DNA of 32,000 nt. It comes from Nitrosopumilus sp. (lineage in GTDB: Archaea > Thermoproteota > Nitrososphaeria > Nitrososphaerales > Nitrosopumilaceae). Position 1 is the first letter of the stretch; each line of letters starts with the position of its first letter. Below the pieces are notes generated by a model that was not told where the DNA came from, ran no database searches, and saw nothing but the letters and a program-made list of their open reading frames with translations. Of the stretch, positions 8,598-18,008 are shown one piece after another. Both the position numbers and the translations under genes were made by a program. Where the stretch lies: contig JAOTTW010000003.1 of the NCBI GenBank assembly GCA_029864235.1, positions 3,554 through 35,553 of the forward strand, read 5' to 3'.

Positions 8598-9836
8598 TTA
8601 GTTTACTACCGCTGATATTTCTCCCACATCTGCTTTCATTACTTTTGGTTTTTGTAAAACTTGCATGATTGCCTCAGTTGCCTTGAGGCCATTTCCAGTA
8701 ACATAGCATACAACTTTATCATTTGAATCAATCTTGCCTTGTTCAACCATTTTTTGAAGAACAGATACAGAAACACCACCTGCAGGTTCTGTAAATATCC
8801 CTTCAGTCTTTGCAAGTAGTAAGATTGCATCAAGTATTTCCTTATTGTTTGATTCTTCAGCAGACCCGTTGTATTGTTGTAATCTTTTCAGAACATATCT
8901 ACCATCACCAGGATCACCAATAGCTAAGCTTTTTGCAATCGTATCAGGATTTTCAACTGGAATTACTTCACTACTATTTTTCTTAAATGCATCAACAATT
9001 GGAGCACAGCCATGCGGTTGTGCGGCAATCATGTGCATATTTGAAACATCATTAAGTAATGAGATTTGTTGTAACTCTTCAAAACCTTTGCATATTGCAT
9101 TTAGCATTGCACCACTACCAACTGGAACTATTAATTGATCAGGAACTTGCCAATCAAGTTGTTCTGCTACTTCATAAGCAAGAGTCTTTGAGCCTTCAAC
9201 ATAGTAAGAACGCATATTGATATTTACAATGCCAATGCCTTTACTGTCACCAATTTGTGCAGCTATTCTATTTGCATCATCATATGTTCCATCAACTGCG
9301 ATATAGTTTGCACCATATGACAATGCTTGTGTAATTTTTGCCATTTCAATATCACTCGGAGCAAAGATGTGACATGGAAATCCACCTTTTGCTGCATGAG
9401 CTGCAGTAGCTGATGCTAAATTTCCTGTGGATGCACAGCCAACTGCCGACAATCCAAATTCTTTTGCCTTAGATACTGCAATTCCTGCTGGTCTGTCTTT
9501 AAATGAAAATGTAGGATTTACTGAATCGTTTTTGATATAGAGATTTTTCAATCCCAGTTTTTTTCCGAGATTTTCTGCTTTTGTAAGAGGAGTCATTCCA
9601 GCATCAATGCTTACAATGTTTGTTTTTTGTTCTATTGGAAGTAACTCAAAATATCTCCAATACGTTTTTTCACGAGTTACAAAAGTATTCTTTGAAACAG
9701 AAGGAAAATCATACTTTACATCTAAGGGGCCAAAACAATCATCACAAATATACTTGAAAGTAGATTTGTAATCCTTTTTACATTCTCTACATTGTAATGA
9801 TATTCTAGCCAAGATATATTCCTCCTTTGTTAGCAT
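8598..9836 (-). CDS. thrC: Threonine synthase family PLP enzyme with N-terminal zinc ribbon (ThrC or a ThrC-like sulfur-incorporating paralogue)
   Basis: 412 aa. It has an N-terminal Cys4 ribbon (CRECKK...CDDCFG), a PLP-lysine motif FSFKDRPA, and a fold-type II PLP enzyme layout (GNLASATAAHAA, GSGAM). Confidence 0.7.
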   Translation of the reverse strand: MLTKEEYILARISLQCRECKKDYKSTFKYICDDCFGPLDVKYDFPSVSKNTFVTREKTYWRYFELLPIEQKTNIVSIDAGMTPLTKAENLGKKLGLKNLYIKNDSVNPTFSFKDRPAGIAVSKAKEFGLSAVGCASTGNLASATAAHAAKGGFPCHIFAPSDIEMAKITQALSYGANYIAVDGTYDDANRIAAQIGDSKGIGIVNINMRSYYVEGSKTLAYEVAEQLDWQVPDQLIVPVGSGAMLNAICKGFEELQQISLLNDVSNMHMIAAQPHGCAPIVDAFKKNSSEVIPVENPDTIAKSLAIGDPGDGRYVLKRLQQYNGSAEESNNKEILDAILLLAKTEGIFTEPAGGVSVSVLQKMVEQGKIDSNDKVVCYVTGNGLKATEAIMQVLQKPKVMKADVGEISAVVN

Positions 9837-9930
9837 ACATAAAAAATCCTAATATCAAGTTAAGTAATACTTAATTTAAAGAGATAAAAAATATAGTGAT
9901 AATTCTTGTTCCATGCAAGTAAATACACAA

Positions 9931-9975
9931 AAAAATTATATTTTTACAAAAAATCAATGAAAAATTATATTTTTA
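9931..9975. repeat. Two perfect 16-bp direct repeats (aaaaattatattttta) at 9931-9946 and 9960-9975, 29-bp period, in a divergent intergenic region
   Basis: Read directly from the sequence. Each unit is TATA-like and nearly palindromic. Three tttttag motifs follow at about 9981-10016. Confidence 0.7.
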
Positions 9976-10028
9976 TGGATTTTTTAGTTTCGAGGAAGGT
10001 TTTTAGTGATTTTTAGAAAAGAGATTTT

Positions 10029-10604
10029 GTGAATAGGAACAAAATTTCCATTCCAATAGGAATTGGAATTGTTGTAATAATAATTGCAGTAATCTTTGGC
10101 ACATATGAAAAATCAGAGAACATAGAAGTTGAGGATGTCTTTGATAAGGAATTAAGACCAGAAGAAGTAAATCCAGAAATTCAGAAAAAATTAGATGAGA
10201 TTGAAGAGATTAATTTAGAAAATGATTATTCGCCAAAACCAAGAGAGTGGATCACATCAGGACCATTCCAGATTGATCGAAGCAAATATGCTTTAGGTGA
10301 AAAAGTTTTTCTCAGAATTGGAGGATTAGGTTTTGATGAAAAGGGTCAGGTAGCCTTTATGAGACCGTTAAATGATACTCATTACTCTGTATATCTAACA
10401 ATACCTTTTGATGGCGCAAAGAAGGATGCATTCAATTACTATATTGACCCCCAGCTTTCAAAAGCTAGAGGACTGTGTTCGGTAGATGATGTATTAGGAA
10501 AATGGGCAGTTGTTTTCAGAGGAACTGATTATTCAAATCTATACTTTGAGATCATAGATGAGTTTGTTCCAGGAACTGAATCTAGTTTCGAGCCTGTTTG
10601 CTAG
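10029..10604 (+). CDS. Hypothetical membrane-anchored extracellular protein
   Basis: 191 aa with a GTG start. It has an N-terminal TM anchor (ISIPIGIGIVVIIIAVIFG), an acidic linker, then a beta-rich domain. I recognise no family. Confidence 0.55.
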   Translation: MNRNKISIPIGIGIVVIIIAVIFGTYEKSENIEVEDVFDKELRPEEVNPEIQKKLDEIEEINLENDYSPKPREWITSGPFQIDRSKYALGEKVFLRIGGLGFDEKGQVAFMRPLNDTHYSVYLTIPFDGAKKDAFNYYIDPQLSKARGLCSVDDVLGKWAVVFRGTDYSNLYFEIIDEFVPGTESSFEPVC

Positions 10605-10605
10605 A

Positions 10606-10935
10606 TTACTTTTCTAATTTGTTGTGAAAACAAACTTTTTCTCCAAGATGGCATGCAGGTCCTGATGGTTCAACCAGATAAATAATTGCATCAGAATCAC
10701 AATCAACTAAAATATCTTTAATTTTTTGTGTGTTACCAGATTCTTCACCTTTCATCCAAAGCTTGTTTCTTGAACGACTCCAAAACCAAGAGTTGCCAGT
10801 TTTTTTTGCAAGTTTTAATGACTCTTTGTTTGAGTATGCTAGTGTAAGAATTTCCTTTGTATTTGCATCCTGAACTATAACTGGAACCAGTCCCCCACTC
10901 TTTTCAAAATCTATATCTTCAATGGATTTTTCCAT
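10606..10935 (-). CDS. hisI: Phosphoribosyl-AMP cyclohydrolase (monofunctional HisI)
   Basis: 109 aa. Motifs are WSRSRNKLWMKGEESGN and DCDSDAIIYLVEPSGPACHLGEKVCF. There is no fused HisE domain. Confidence 0.9.
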   Translation of the reverse strand: MEKSIEDIDFEKSGGLVPVIVQDANTKEILTLAYSNKESLKLAKKTGNSWFWSRSRNKLWMKGEESGNTQKIKDILVDCDSDAIIYLVEPSGPACHLGEKVCFHNKLEK

Positions 10936-10957
10936 AAAAATATTCTAAGAGTATTCC

Positions 10958-11761
10958 TTATAATCTTACAGGAATTTCTTTGTACTTGAGATATTTTTTT
11001 ACACCATTTACTCCATGTGCTTCATAGTGAAATATTGATGCTGCCAAGGCTGCATCAACATTTGATTTCTTGAAAACATCAACCATATCATTAGGTTTTC
11101 CACATCCACCAGATGCAATTACGGGAATAGAAACAGAAGCAACAATATTTTTTGTAAGCAATATATCATAACCATCTTTTGTGCCATCTTTATCAATACT
11201 GGTAAGAAGGATTTCTCCTGCGCCAAGTTTTTCTGCCTGTTTTGCCCATTCAATGGCATCAATACCAGTTTCCTGTTTTCCCCCATAAATGAAAACTTCA
11301 AACCAGAATCGTTTATCATTCTCTGAAAAGACGTTTAATTCATTTTTTATATTATAATTTCTTTTTGCATCAATTGCTACTACAACGCATTGTCGACCAA
11401 ATAATTTCATCAATTCAGTGATTATTTGAGGATTTTTTATGGCACCAGTATTGATTCCAACTTTGTCAGCACCATTAAGAAGAATGTTTCTTGCATCTTC
11501 TAATGATTTTACACCACCACCAACGGTAAACGGAATATTAATAACAGAAGCAACCTTTCGGACCAATTCTTTGATGGTTTCTCTTTGTTCATCAGATGCA
11601 GTAATGTCTAAAAAAACAAGTTCATCTGCACCCTCATTACTATACTTTTCAGCAAGCTCAACAGGATCTCCTGCATCTTTTATAGATTTAAAATGAAGTC
11701 CTTTTACAACTCTACCATTTTTTACATCAAGACATGGAATAATTCGCTTTGTTAAAGTCAT
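10958..11761 (-). CDS. hisF: Imidazole glycerol phosphate synthase, cyclase subunit
   Basis: 267 aa. It starts [16 protein letters not shown] and has the (beta-alpha)8 pattern with GADKVGINT and ASGGCG. Confidence 0.95.
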   Translation of the reverse strand: MTLTKRIIPCLDVKNGRVVKGLHFKSIKDAGDPVELAEKYSNEGADELVFLDITASDEQRETIKELVRKVASVINIPFTVGGGVKSLEDARNILLNGADKVGINTGAIKNPQIITELMKLFGRQCVVVAIDAKRNYNIKNELNVFSENDKRFWFEVFIYGGKQETGIDAIEWAKQAEKLGAGEILLTSIDKDGTKDGYDILLTKNIVASVSIPVIASGGCGKPNDMVDVFKKSNVDAALAASIFHYEAHGVNGVKKYLKYKEIPVRL

Positions 11762-12465
11762 GCGATTTTCTTTGCCTCCTCAATTGAAATCTTGTTTTCA
11801 TAAAGTGCTTTGCCAAGTATAACTCCAAATGCATTTTTTTTCTTAACATCTAAAACATCTCTAAGATTTGAAATACCACCACTAGCAATAACGTTGGCAT
11901 TTTTCAATTTACAAGATTGTTCTAAAAATTCTAGATCTGGTCCTTCCATAGTTCCATCACGATTTACATTGGTTAGTAAAAATTCAGTAAATCCCATTTC
12001 AAGAAATTCTTTAATTGAATCAATTAATTTAATGTCAGTTTTATCCTGCCAACCATGAATTACAATCTTACCATCTTTATGATCAACTGATATAACAATT
12101 TTTTTTGGCCCTAAAGACAAAAGCAGTTTTTTTAGCAATTCTTGATCTTTAAAGGCCAAAGTTCCAAGAACTATTCTGTTTGAAATTTTTGCAACATCTA
12201 AAATTAATGACTCATCCCTTAAACCCCCAGCAATTTCAACCGGAATTGAAATTTGTTTAAGGATTTTTTTGATGAGGGAAATATTAGAACCAATTCCCAA
12301 AGTTGCATCTAAATCTACTATATGAAGCAGATCAGCACCGTTTGCTTCCCATTTTTTTGCAATTTCAATAGGATTGTTGCTGTATATCGTTTTTTGTTTG
12401 GGATCGCCTTTGTAAAGTCGAACTACCTGCCCAGCCATGAGATCAATTGCAGGAATGATTTTCAT
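11758..12465 (-). CDS. hisA: ProFAR isomerase (1-(5-phosphoribosyl)-5-[(5-phosphoribosylamino)methylideneamino]imidazole-4-carboxamide isomerase)
   Basis: 235 aa. It starts [21 protein letters not shown] and has ASGGIS. It shares a 4-bp overlap with both neighbours. Confidence 0.93.
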   Translation of the reverse strand: MKIIPAIDLMAGQVVRLYKGDPKQKTIYSNNPIEIAKKWEANGADLLHIVDLDATLGIGSNISLIKKILKQISIPVEIAGGLRDESLILDVAKISNRIVLGTLAFKDQELLKKLLLSLGPKKIVISVDHKDGKIVIHGWQDKTDIKLIDSIKEFLEMGFTEFLLTNVNRDGTMEGPDLEFLEQSCKLKNANVIASGGISNLRDVLDVKKKNAFGVILGKALYENKISIEEAKKIA

Positions 12466-13070
12466 TTTTTACACACTTTTAGAAAGTTTTTTATCATAAT
12501 TTTGCCAACAGAGCCGGATTTTTCTGGATGAAATTGGGTTCCAAAAAAGTTGTCCTGCTCAACTACTGCTGGAACTTTGATACCATAATCTGATTCTGCA
12601 GTTATTACATTGTTAGAATCAGGTTTAACTCGGTATGAATGAACAAAATAAACCCACGAGTTATTATCAACGCCCTCTAAAATTTTTCCTGGTTTTTTTA
12701 TTTCCAAGTTATTCCATCCCATGTGAGGTACTTTCATCGAAGACGGTAAAACGATCACTTTACCTTCTATTACACCCAGTCCTTCTTCTTTTCCCTCTTC
12801 ACTTTTTTCAAAAAACATCTCCATTCCAAGACATATACCTAAAACAGGAGTAGCATCTTTGACAAAATCCTTGAATCCTGTTTTTGAAAATTCAGTAATA
12901 CTTTTCATTGCAGGATCAAAATTTCCAACACCAGGAAGAAGTAATCCAGAATAAACATTAGGTTTTTCAAAATTTGTAATTACATCAATAGTAGCTCCAG
13001 CTTTTTCAAAAGAATTTTTGAGGCTGAAAATATTTCCAGCTCCATAATCAAATATAGCTAAGTTGACCAT
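12462..13070 (-). CDS. hisH: Imidazole glycerol phosphate synthase, glutamine amidotransferase subunit
   Basis: 202 aa. It has the class I GATase triad context: GICLGMEMFF, HSY and FHPEKS. Confidence 0.93.
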   Translation of the reverse strand: MVNLAIFDYGAGNIFSLKNSFEKAGATIDVITNFEKPNVYSGLLLPGVGNFDPAMKSITEFSKTGFKDFVKDATPVLGICLGMEMFFEKSEEGKEEGLGVIEGKVIVLPSSMKVPHMGWNNLEIKKPGKILEGVDNNSWVYFVHSYRVKPDSNNVITAESDYGIKVPAVVEQDNFFGTQFHPEKSGSVGKIMIKNFLKVCKK

Positions 13071-13666
13071 TACATGGTACCTTTAGTACTAGGAATGCCT
13101 TTTTGTTTTTTGTCAAGTGATGATGCTTTTCTTAATGCTACTGCTAGTGATTTTATTGCAGCCTCAACTTTGTGGTGATCATTTTCTCCATATTTTACAG
13201 TAAGATGTATACAACTATTAAGATTCTGGAGAAGGGATATGAAAAAGTGCTCCAAATCTTCCTTTGACATGTCTTCAATTTTATTTCGTTTAATTGATAA
13301 TATTAATTTCCAAAAAGGCCTCTTTATCAGATCAATAGATGTCTCTGCTAGTGATTCATCCATAGGTACAGATGCATAGCTAAATCTAGTAATTCCTCGT
13401 CTATCTCCTAATGCCTTATCAATGGCTAATCCTATTGTTATTGCAGTATCTTCAATTAAGTGATGTTCAATTTTATCATTTGATTTTGAGTTGACTTGAA
13501 GATCTAACATCCCATGTTTTCCAAAGGAAGTAATTAGATGATCAAGAAAATTGATACCAGTTTTTATGTTTGTTTTTCCACTACCATCTAAATTTACAGA
13601 GACCGATACGTTTGTCTCTTTAGTACTGCGGTTAATCAAACTTTTTCTGGCTTTCATATTTTTCAC
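13070..13666 (-). CDS. hisB: Imidazoleglycerol-phosphate dehydratase (monofunctional)
   Basis: 198 aa. It has the duplicated metal motifs [11 protein letters not shown] and [10 protein letters not shown]. There is no fused phosphatase domain. Confidence 0.93.
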   Translation of the reverse strand: MKNMKARKSLINRSTKETNVSVSVNLDGSGKTNIKTGINFLDHLITSFGKHGMLDLQVNSKSNDKIEHHLIEDTAITIGLAIDKALGDRRGITRFSYASVPMDESLAETSIDLIKRPFWKLILSIKRNKIEDMSKEDLEHFFISLLQNLNSCIHLTVKYGENDHHKVEAAIKSLAVALRKASSLDKKQKGIPSTKGTM

Positions 13667-13683
13667 AGGAGATGTAACTTGTT

Positions 13684-14658
13684 TTATTCTAAATTTAATA
13701 CCTTCGGAAGTAAATTAATTGAATCTAGAACCAATTTGACACCATTTTGCTCAAATAGTTCTAATTTTTTCTGAGGATCCTTGCTAGTTCCTATTATACC
13801 ACAAAATATTATATTATAATTTTTCTCAGTAGCCTTTTTTGACATAATAAAATCTTCCATGGAATCTCCTACATAAATAACATTATTGCAATTCATTCCA
13901 TCAATAGAACAAAGTAATGACTTTGGATTTGGTTTTGCCAAATCTCTTGATTCATCTTCTAAAAATGCTGAATTTTTTAAATCAAATTCATACAGTAAAT
14001 TTTTTAGTGAGTATTTTACTGATTCTTTTCCTCGTCCAGTAACCATAGAGATTTTAGTTGAAAATTTCTTTTTTAATATATTTAATAATTGACTAGTAAG
14101 AATTACCATATCATTTTCAATTAGACCAGATTCTGAAAACTGAGAAGAATAATTGAATAATTTTTTGTAAAGTTCTGGTCCATAAAAGATTTGATCAAAA
14201 ATTTTGTATAATGTATTTTCATGATGAGTTCCAGGATACGAAAGTTTTTTTTTAATTTCTTTAATATCAACATAACTTTCTAAAAATTTTTCAACAGATA
14301 AAATTCCAGAAGAATTTGAATTTTTACTAACTTCTAAAAGAAAATCGTATTGATCTTTTTTTAATTTTTTTGCAGCCACAATTGAAATAATGGTAGCATA
14401 TGTGAGATCGACTTCGTCATTGAATCCACCAGTAGATTTGAAGCAATCTATAATTTTTGAATCAATTGTTATTCCATCAGTAATGTTTGCAAAATGTTCT
14501 AAAACGTATTGAGTTGTTTTATTTATTGTTAGGTCATATGAATTTGTAATATCAATTAATACCCCGTCACAATCAAAAATTATTCCATCACTTTTAGTTA
14601 GAGTCTCTAGAATAGAATCATCAATATGGATTCCATCATATTTTTTTGTTATAGTCAT
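13684..14658 (-). CDS. HAD-superfamily phosphatase with a large cap insert, embedded in the his operon (candidate histidinol-phosphate phosphatase)
   Basis: 324 aa. HAD motif I is [12 protein letters not shown], motif II MVTGRG, motif [11 protein letters not shown] and motif [11 protein letters not shown]. About 170 aa lie between motifs I and II. Its ATG overlaps the hisC stop (ATGA at 14655-14658). Confidence 0.7.
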   Translation of the reverse strand: MTITKKYDGIHIDDSILETLTKSDGIIFDCDGVLIDITNSYDLTINKTTQYVLEHFANITDGITIDSKIIDCFKSTGGFNDEVDLTYATIISIVAAKKLKKDQYDFLLEVSKNSNSSGILSVEKFLESYVDIKEIKKKLSYPGTHHENTLYKIFDQIFYGPELYKKLFNYSSQFSESGLIENDMVILTSQLLNILKKKFSTKISMVTGRGKESVKYSLKNLLYEFDLKNSAFLEDESRDLAKPNPKSLLCSIDGMNCNNVIYVGDSMEDFIMSKKATEKNYNIIFCGIIGTSKDPQKKLELFEQNGVKLVLDSINLLPKVLNLE

Positions 14659-15725
14659 CTTAATAAATCACGAATAGCAAGCAAAAATTTTGAATTCATT
14701 TCTTTGGTTCCTATTGTTACTCTCAAGCATCCTTCATGATTTCCAATTTTTCCAAGTTTTCTTATGGATATTCCTTGTTCAATTAATGCAGAATATACTC
14801 TTTGATAGGAACCATATGCATCAAAGAGTACAAAATTGGCCTTAGAATCAAAAACTTCAAAGGAATCATATTTTCTCAGATTTTCAATAATTCGTTTTCT
14901 TTCTTGTTTGATTGTATTTACTGCATCTTTCATTTGAGAAGGCTTTTCTAATGCTAAAATTCCTGATTCAATAGTTATTGTGCTTAATGGGTATGGATAT
15001 TGTAATACCTGATTAAATGCTGCTGTAAATTCCTTGTTTGCAATAAAATATCCTAATCTTAAGCCAGCTAATCCAAAAGATTTAGAGAGTGTCTGTATGA
15101 CAACAAGATTTTTTTGGTCTTTTACCATACTTGATAATGAATAATCTCCAAACTCACCATAGGCTTCATCAATCATTACTAATCCATTAAAGGATTTTAC
15201 TAATTTTTGTAAATCAATTTTTGAAAACTGAAACCCAGTTGGGTTATTTGGAGAGTCTAGATATAAAATATCTGCATTTTTAGATTGTTTTAAAAATTCT
15301 TCAACATCTAGAACCATAGTTTTTGAAAATGGAATTGCAGTTACAGGTATTGAGTATAATTTGCATCTTTCTTCAAAAAATCCAAATGTGGGGTTTGAAG
15401 TTAATACTTTAGTTTCTTTTGATGCAAAATTAGACAATATTAAATCTAGAATTTGATCAGATCCATTTCCAACACCAATCATTGTTGATGGAATCTTGAC
15501 AAATTTTGAGATTGCTTGTATTAGATTTTCTACTCCACCAAGAGGATATTCTCTAACATCAGAATTTTTTCTAGCAATAGAAAAAAGTTCAGATTGAAAT
15601 TGTTTGGGAATTACATAATTTTCATTGGAATCTAATTTCAGAATATCTTGGTATAATTCTGGTTTTTTATAACCACCAATCAGAGAAAATTTTTTCACTT
15701 TCTGTTCAACCCAGTTTTCTTTCAT
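14655..15725 (-). CDS. hisC: Histidinol-phosphate aminotransferase
   Basis: 356 aa. It has the class II aminotransferase PLP-lysine context LSKSFGLAGLRLGY and SPNNPTG. Confidence 0.92.
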   Translation of the reverse strand: MKENWVEQKVKKFSLIGGYKKPELYQDILKLDSNENYVIPKQFQSELFSIARKNSDVREYPLGGVENLIQAISKFVKIPSTMIGVGNGSDQILDLILSNFASKETKVLTSNPTFGFFEERCKLYSIPVTAIPFSKTMVLDVEEFLKQSKNADILYLDSPNNPTGFQFSKIDLQKLVKSFNGLVMIDEAYGEFGDYSLSSMVKDQKNLVVIQTLSKSFGLAGLRLGYFIANKEFTAAFNQVLQYPYPLSTITIESGILALEKPSQMKDAVNTIKQERKRIIENLRKYDSFEVFDSKANFVLFDAYGSYQRVYSALIEQGISIRKLGKIGNHEGCLRVTIGTKEMNSKFLLAIRDLLR

Positions 15726-16996
15726 TGTAGCCTACCTCGTACTGCCTCAAAGTGATTTGGTAAGCCTTCAGCATTTGTAAATATATCAAGATGTTTTGAA
15801 ATTTTTTTCAATGATGATTTTGAACTAGTAATATAGGTACAGGTTTTGATGAAGTCCAGTACAGAAAGAGAGCCTCGACTCTTTCCAAAGCCATTTGTGG
15901 GAAGAATGTGATTTGAGCCTAAAAGATAATCACTTGCAGAAGAAGGAGTGTAATTTCCTAAAAGAATTAGTCCGGGGGAAGTGATTTTAGAGGACATATT
16001 TTGTGGGTTTAGAGTCATTATTTGTAAGTGCTCAGGTGCTAACTCATTAACAAGTGTAATCATTTCGGATCTATTCTTACAAATAGCGATAAACCCATTC
16101 TGTTTAAGACTTGTTTTAACAAAATCACTTCTTTTTATTTTTTGGACAGTTTCTGATATAACTTTGTTAACGGATTTTGCTAATTTTTGAGAATTTGTAA
16201 TTAAGTAACAAAAAGTATCTTTACTGTGTTCAGATTGAGAAATAAGATCCAATGCAACATATTTTGGATTTGCAGAACTGTCTGCAATTATTCCTAATTC
16301 TGTTGGTCCAGCTAACATGTCAATTGAGGTTTTATCACTTACTAAAGATTTTGCCAAGGTTACAAATGCTCCTCCAGGCCCTACAATTTTGTCAACTTTA
16401 AGAATAGATTTTGTTCCATAAGATAATGCTGCAATTGCTTGAGCACCACCTGTTTTGTAAATTTCAGTCGCACCACAAATGTCAGATGCAACAATTGTAA
16501 GAGGATCTATTTTTCCATCTGGATTTGGTGGGGATACAACTACTATTCTTCGGACTCCTGCAATCTTTGCAGGAATTACAGACATTATGACAGAACTTGG
16601 ATATTTTGCTAATCCTCCTGGGATGTAGCATCCAGTACTTTGAATTGGTAAAAATTTTTTTAAAATTTCTATGCCATCAGTTTTAATTAGTTGGTTTTTT
16701 AGCATAATCTTTACCATAGTTTCAGTTTTTTCAAGTCTATTTTTTGCTATTTTGATTGCATTGATTTGCTCCTTGCTTACTTTAGAGTAAGCAGAAAGAA
16801 TTTCTTTTTTTGTTACTCGTAATGTAGTAAGATTAACATTATTTAGTTTTTTTTCGTATTTTATAATTGCAGAATCTCCATTTTTTTGGACATTTTTTAA
16901 AATAGAATTTACTATAGATTTATTTTTTTGAGATTGTTTTGGGAAAACATTAGTTACAAAGTTTTCAACATTAGAGACACGTATAATCTTCATCAA
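15722..16996 (-). CDS. hisD: Histidinol dehydrogenase
   Basis: 424 aa. Motifs are GGAQAIAALSYGT, SQSEHS and APEHL. It shares 4-bp overlaps with hisG and hisC. Confidence 0.93.
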   Translation of the reverse strand: MMKIIRVSNVENFVTNVFPKQSQKNKSIVNSILKNVQKNGDSAIIKYEKKLNNVNLTTLRVTKKEILSAYSKVSKEQINAIKIAKNRLEKTETMVKIMLKNQLIKTDGIEILKKFLPIQSTGCYIPGGLAKYPSSVIMSVIPAKIAGVRRIVVVSPPNPDGKIDPLTIVASDICGATEIYKTGGAQAIAALSYGTKSILKVDKIVGPGGAFVTLAKSLVSDKTSIDMLAGPTELGIIADSSANPKYVALDLISQSEHSKDTFCYLITNSQKLAKSVNKVISETVQKIKRSDFVKTSLKQNGFIAICKNRSEMITLVNELAPEHLQIMTLNPQNMSSKITSPGLILLGNYTPSSASDYLLGSNHILPTNGFGKSRGSLSVLDFIKTCTYITSSKSSLKKISKHLDIFTNAEGLPNHFEAVRGRLQ

Positions 16997-17970
16997 TTCT
17001 CTTCATCACGCTTTATCTCCTCTAATTCTAGTATCTGACGCGGTTCATGAACAACTAATCCTTGTGCTATTTTTCTCATTTTTGGGATAAGTTTGTGGAA
17101 ATCATCTTTTTTGATAATAGTGTTTATCCCATACCATCCATTCTCACTAAGAGGACTTATTGTAGGTTTTTTTAGAGAAGGTATCTGAAATAGTAATTTC
17201 TTTAGATTTTTTTCTTCCACATTTAGATAAATATGTAGATATTTTCTCCCATGTACTGCTCCACGCATTAAAGTAACAATATCAAAAATTTTTTCTCTTT
17301 TTTTCGGATCATTGAGAGATTTTTTATTTACAATTAAGTGTGCGCTAGACGTTAGAACTTCATCAACAATTTTTAATTTGTTTTGTTTTAATGTGGTTCC
17401 AGTTTCTGTAACATCCATAATTGCATCTACATCTTCAGGTGGTTTTGCTTCAGTTGCACCAAAAGAGAGGTGTATTTGAACCTGTTTGTTAGAACCTAAT
17501 CTAACCCAAGGAGTTACAATTAATGGTTCTTTATTTCCAAAAAATTTTTTGTATGACTTAGATTGTTTTAGAAAGCTTGCAGCAGTTGTAAGATATTCTG
17601 AAGAGATTCTAAGAATCTTTTTCTTTTTTGCATAATCTGCAATCATTGAATCAAGACTTTTGTAATTATATTTATCAGGAAACGCTATCACTAGTTTAAT
17701 TTTTCCATATTCTAAATCCAAAATTGGTTCTACATCTGCCTTAGTTTCTCCTACCCAATCCTTTCCAGTAATACCAACATCATACAGACCTTCTGAAACT
17801 AAAGTAGGAATTTCTTGTGGTCTTAACATTTTTACAATGATATTAGGATCATCAAGATATACGCGGTATGTTCTGCTTTTTCTATTAACTTTGGTCCATG
17901 ACTTTTCCAATAACTTGAAAGTAGCTTCCTCTAGACTACCTTTTGGTATTGCAAACTTTACCTGAGACAT
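16993..17970 (-). CDS. hisG: ATP phosphoribosyltransferase (long form)
   Basis: 325 aa. It starts KFAIPKGSLEE and has DVGITGKDW and VTETGTTLKQN. It is the first gene of the his operon. Confidence 0.9.
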   Translation of the reverse strand: MSQVKFAIPKGSLEEATFKLLEKSWTKVNRKSRTYRVYLDDPNIIVKMLRPQEIPTLVSEGLYDVGITGKDWVGETKADVEPILDLEYGKIKLVIAFPDKYNYKSLDSMIADYAKKKKILRISSEYLTTAASFLKQSKSYKKFFGNKEPLIVTPWVRLGSNKQVQIHLSFGATEAKPPEDVDAIMDVTETGTTLKQNKLKIVDEVLTSSAHLIVNKKSLNDPKKREKIFDIVTLMRGAVHGRKYLHIYLNVEEKNLKKLLFQIPSLKKPTISPLSENGWYGINTIIKKDDFHKLIPKMRKIAQGLVVHEPRQILELEEIKRDEEN

Positions 17971-18008
17971 ATTGGAGTTTTTCCATTTTTATCTATATAA
18001 TTGGATGT

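Noticed and set aside
9975-10016. A 13-codon uORF (ATG 9975: MDFLVSRKVFSDF*) upstream of the GTG-initiated gene at 10029 as a leader peptide or attenuator
   Set aside because: It has no run of regulatory codons and no terminator/antiterminator pairing that I could draw. It overlaps the second copy of the 16-bp repeat and is probably incidental.
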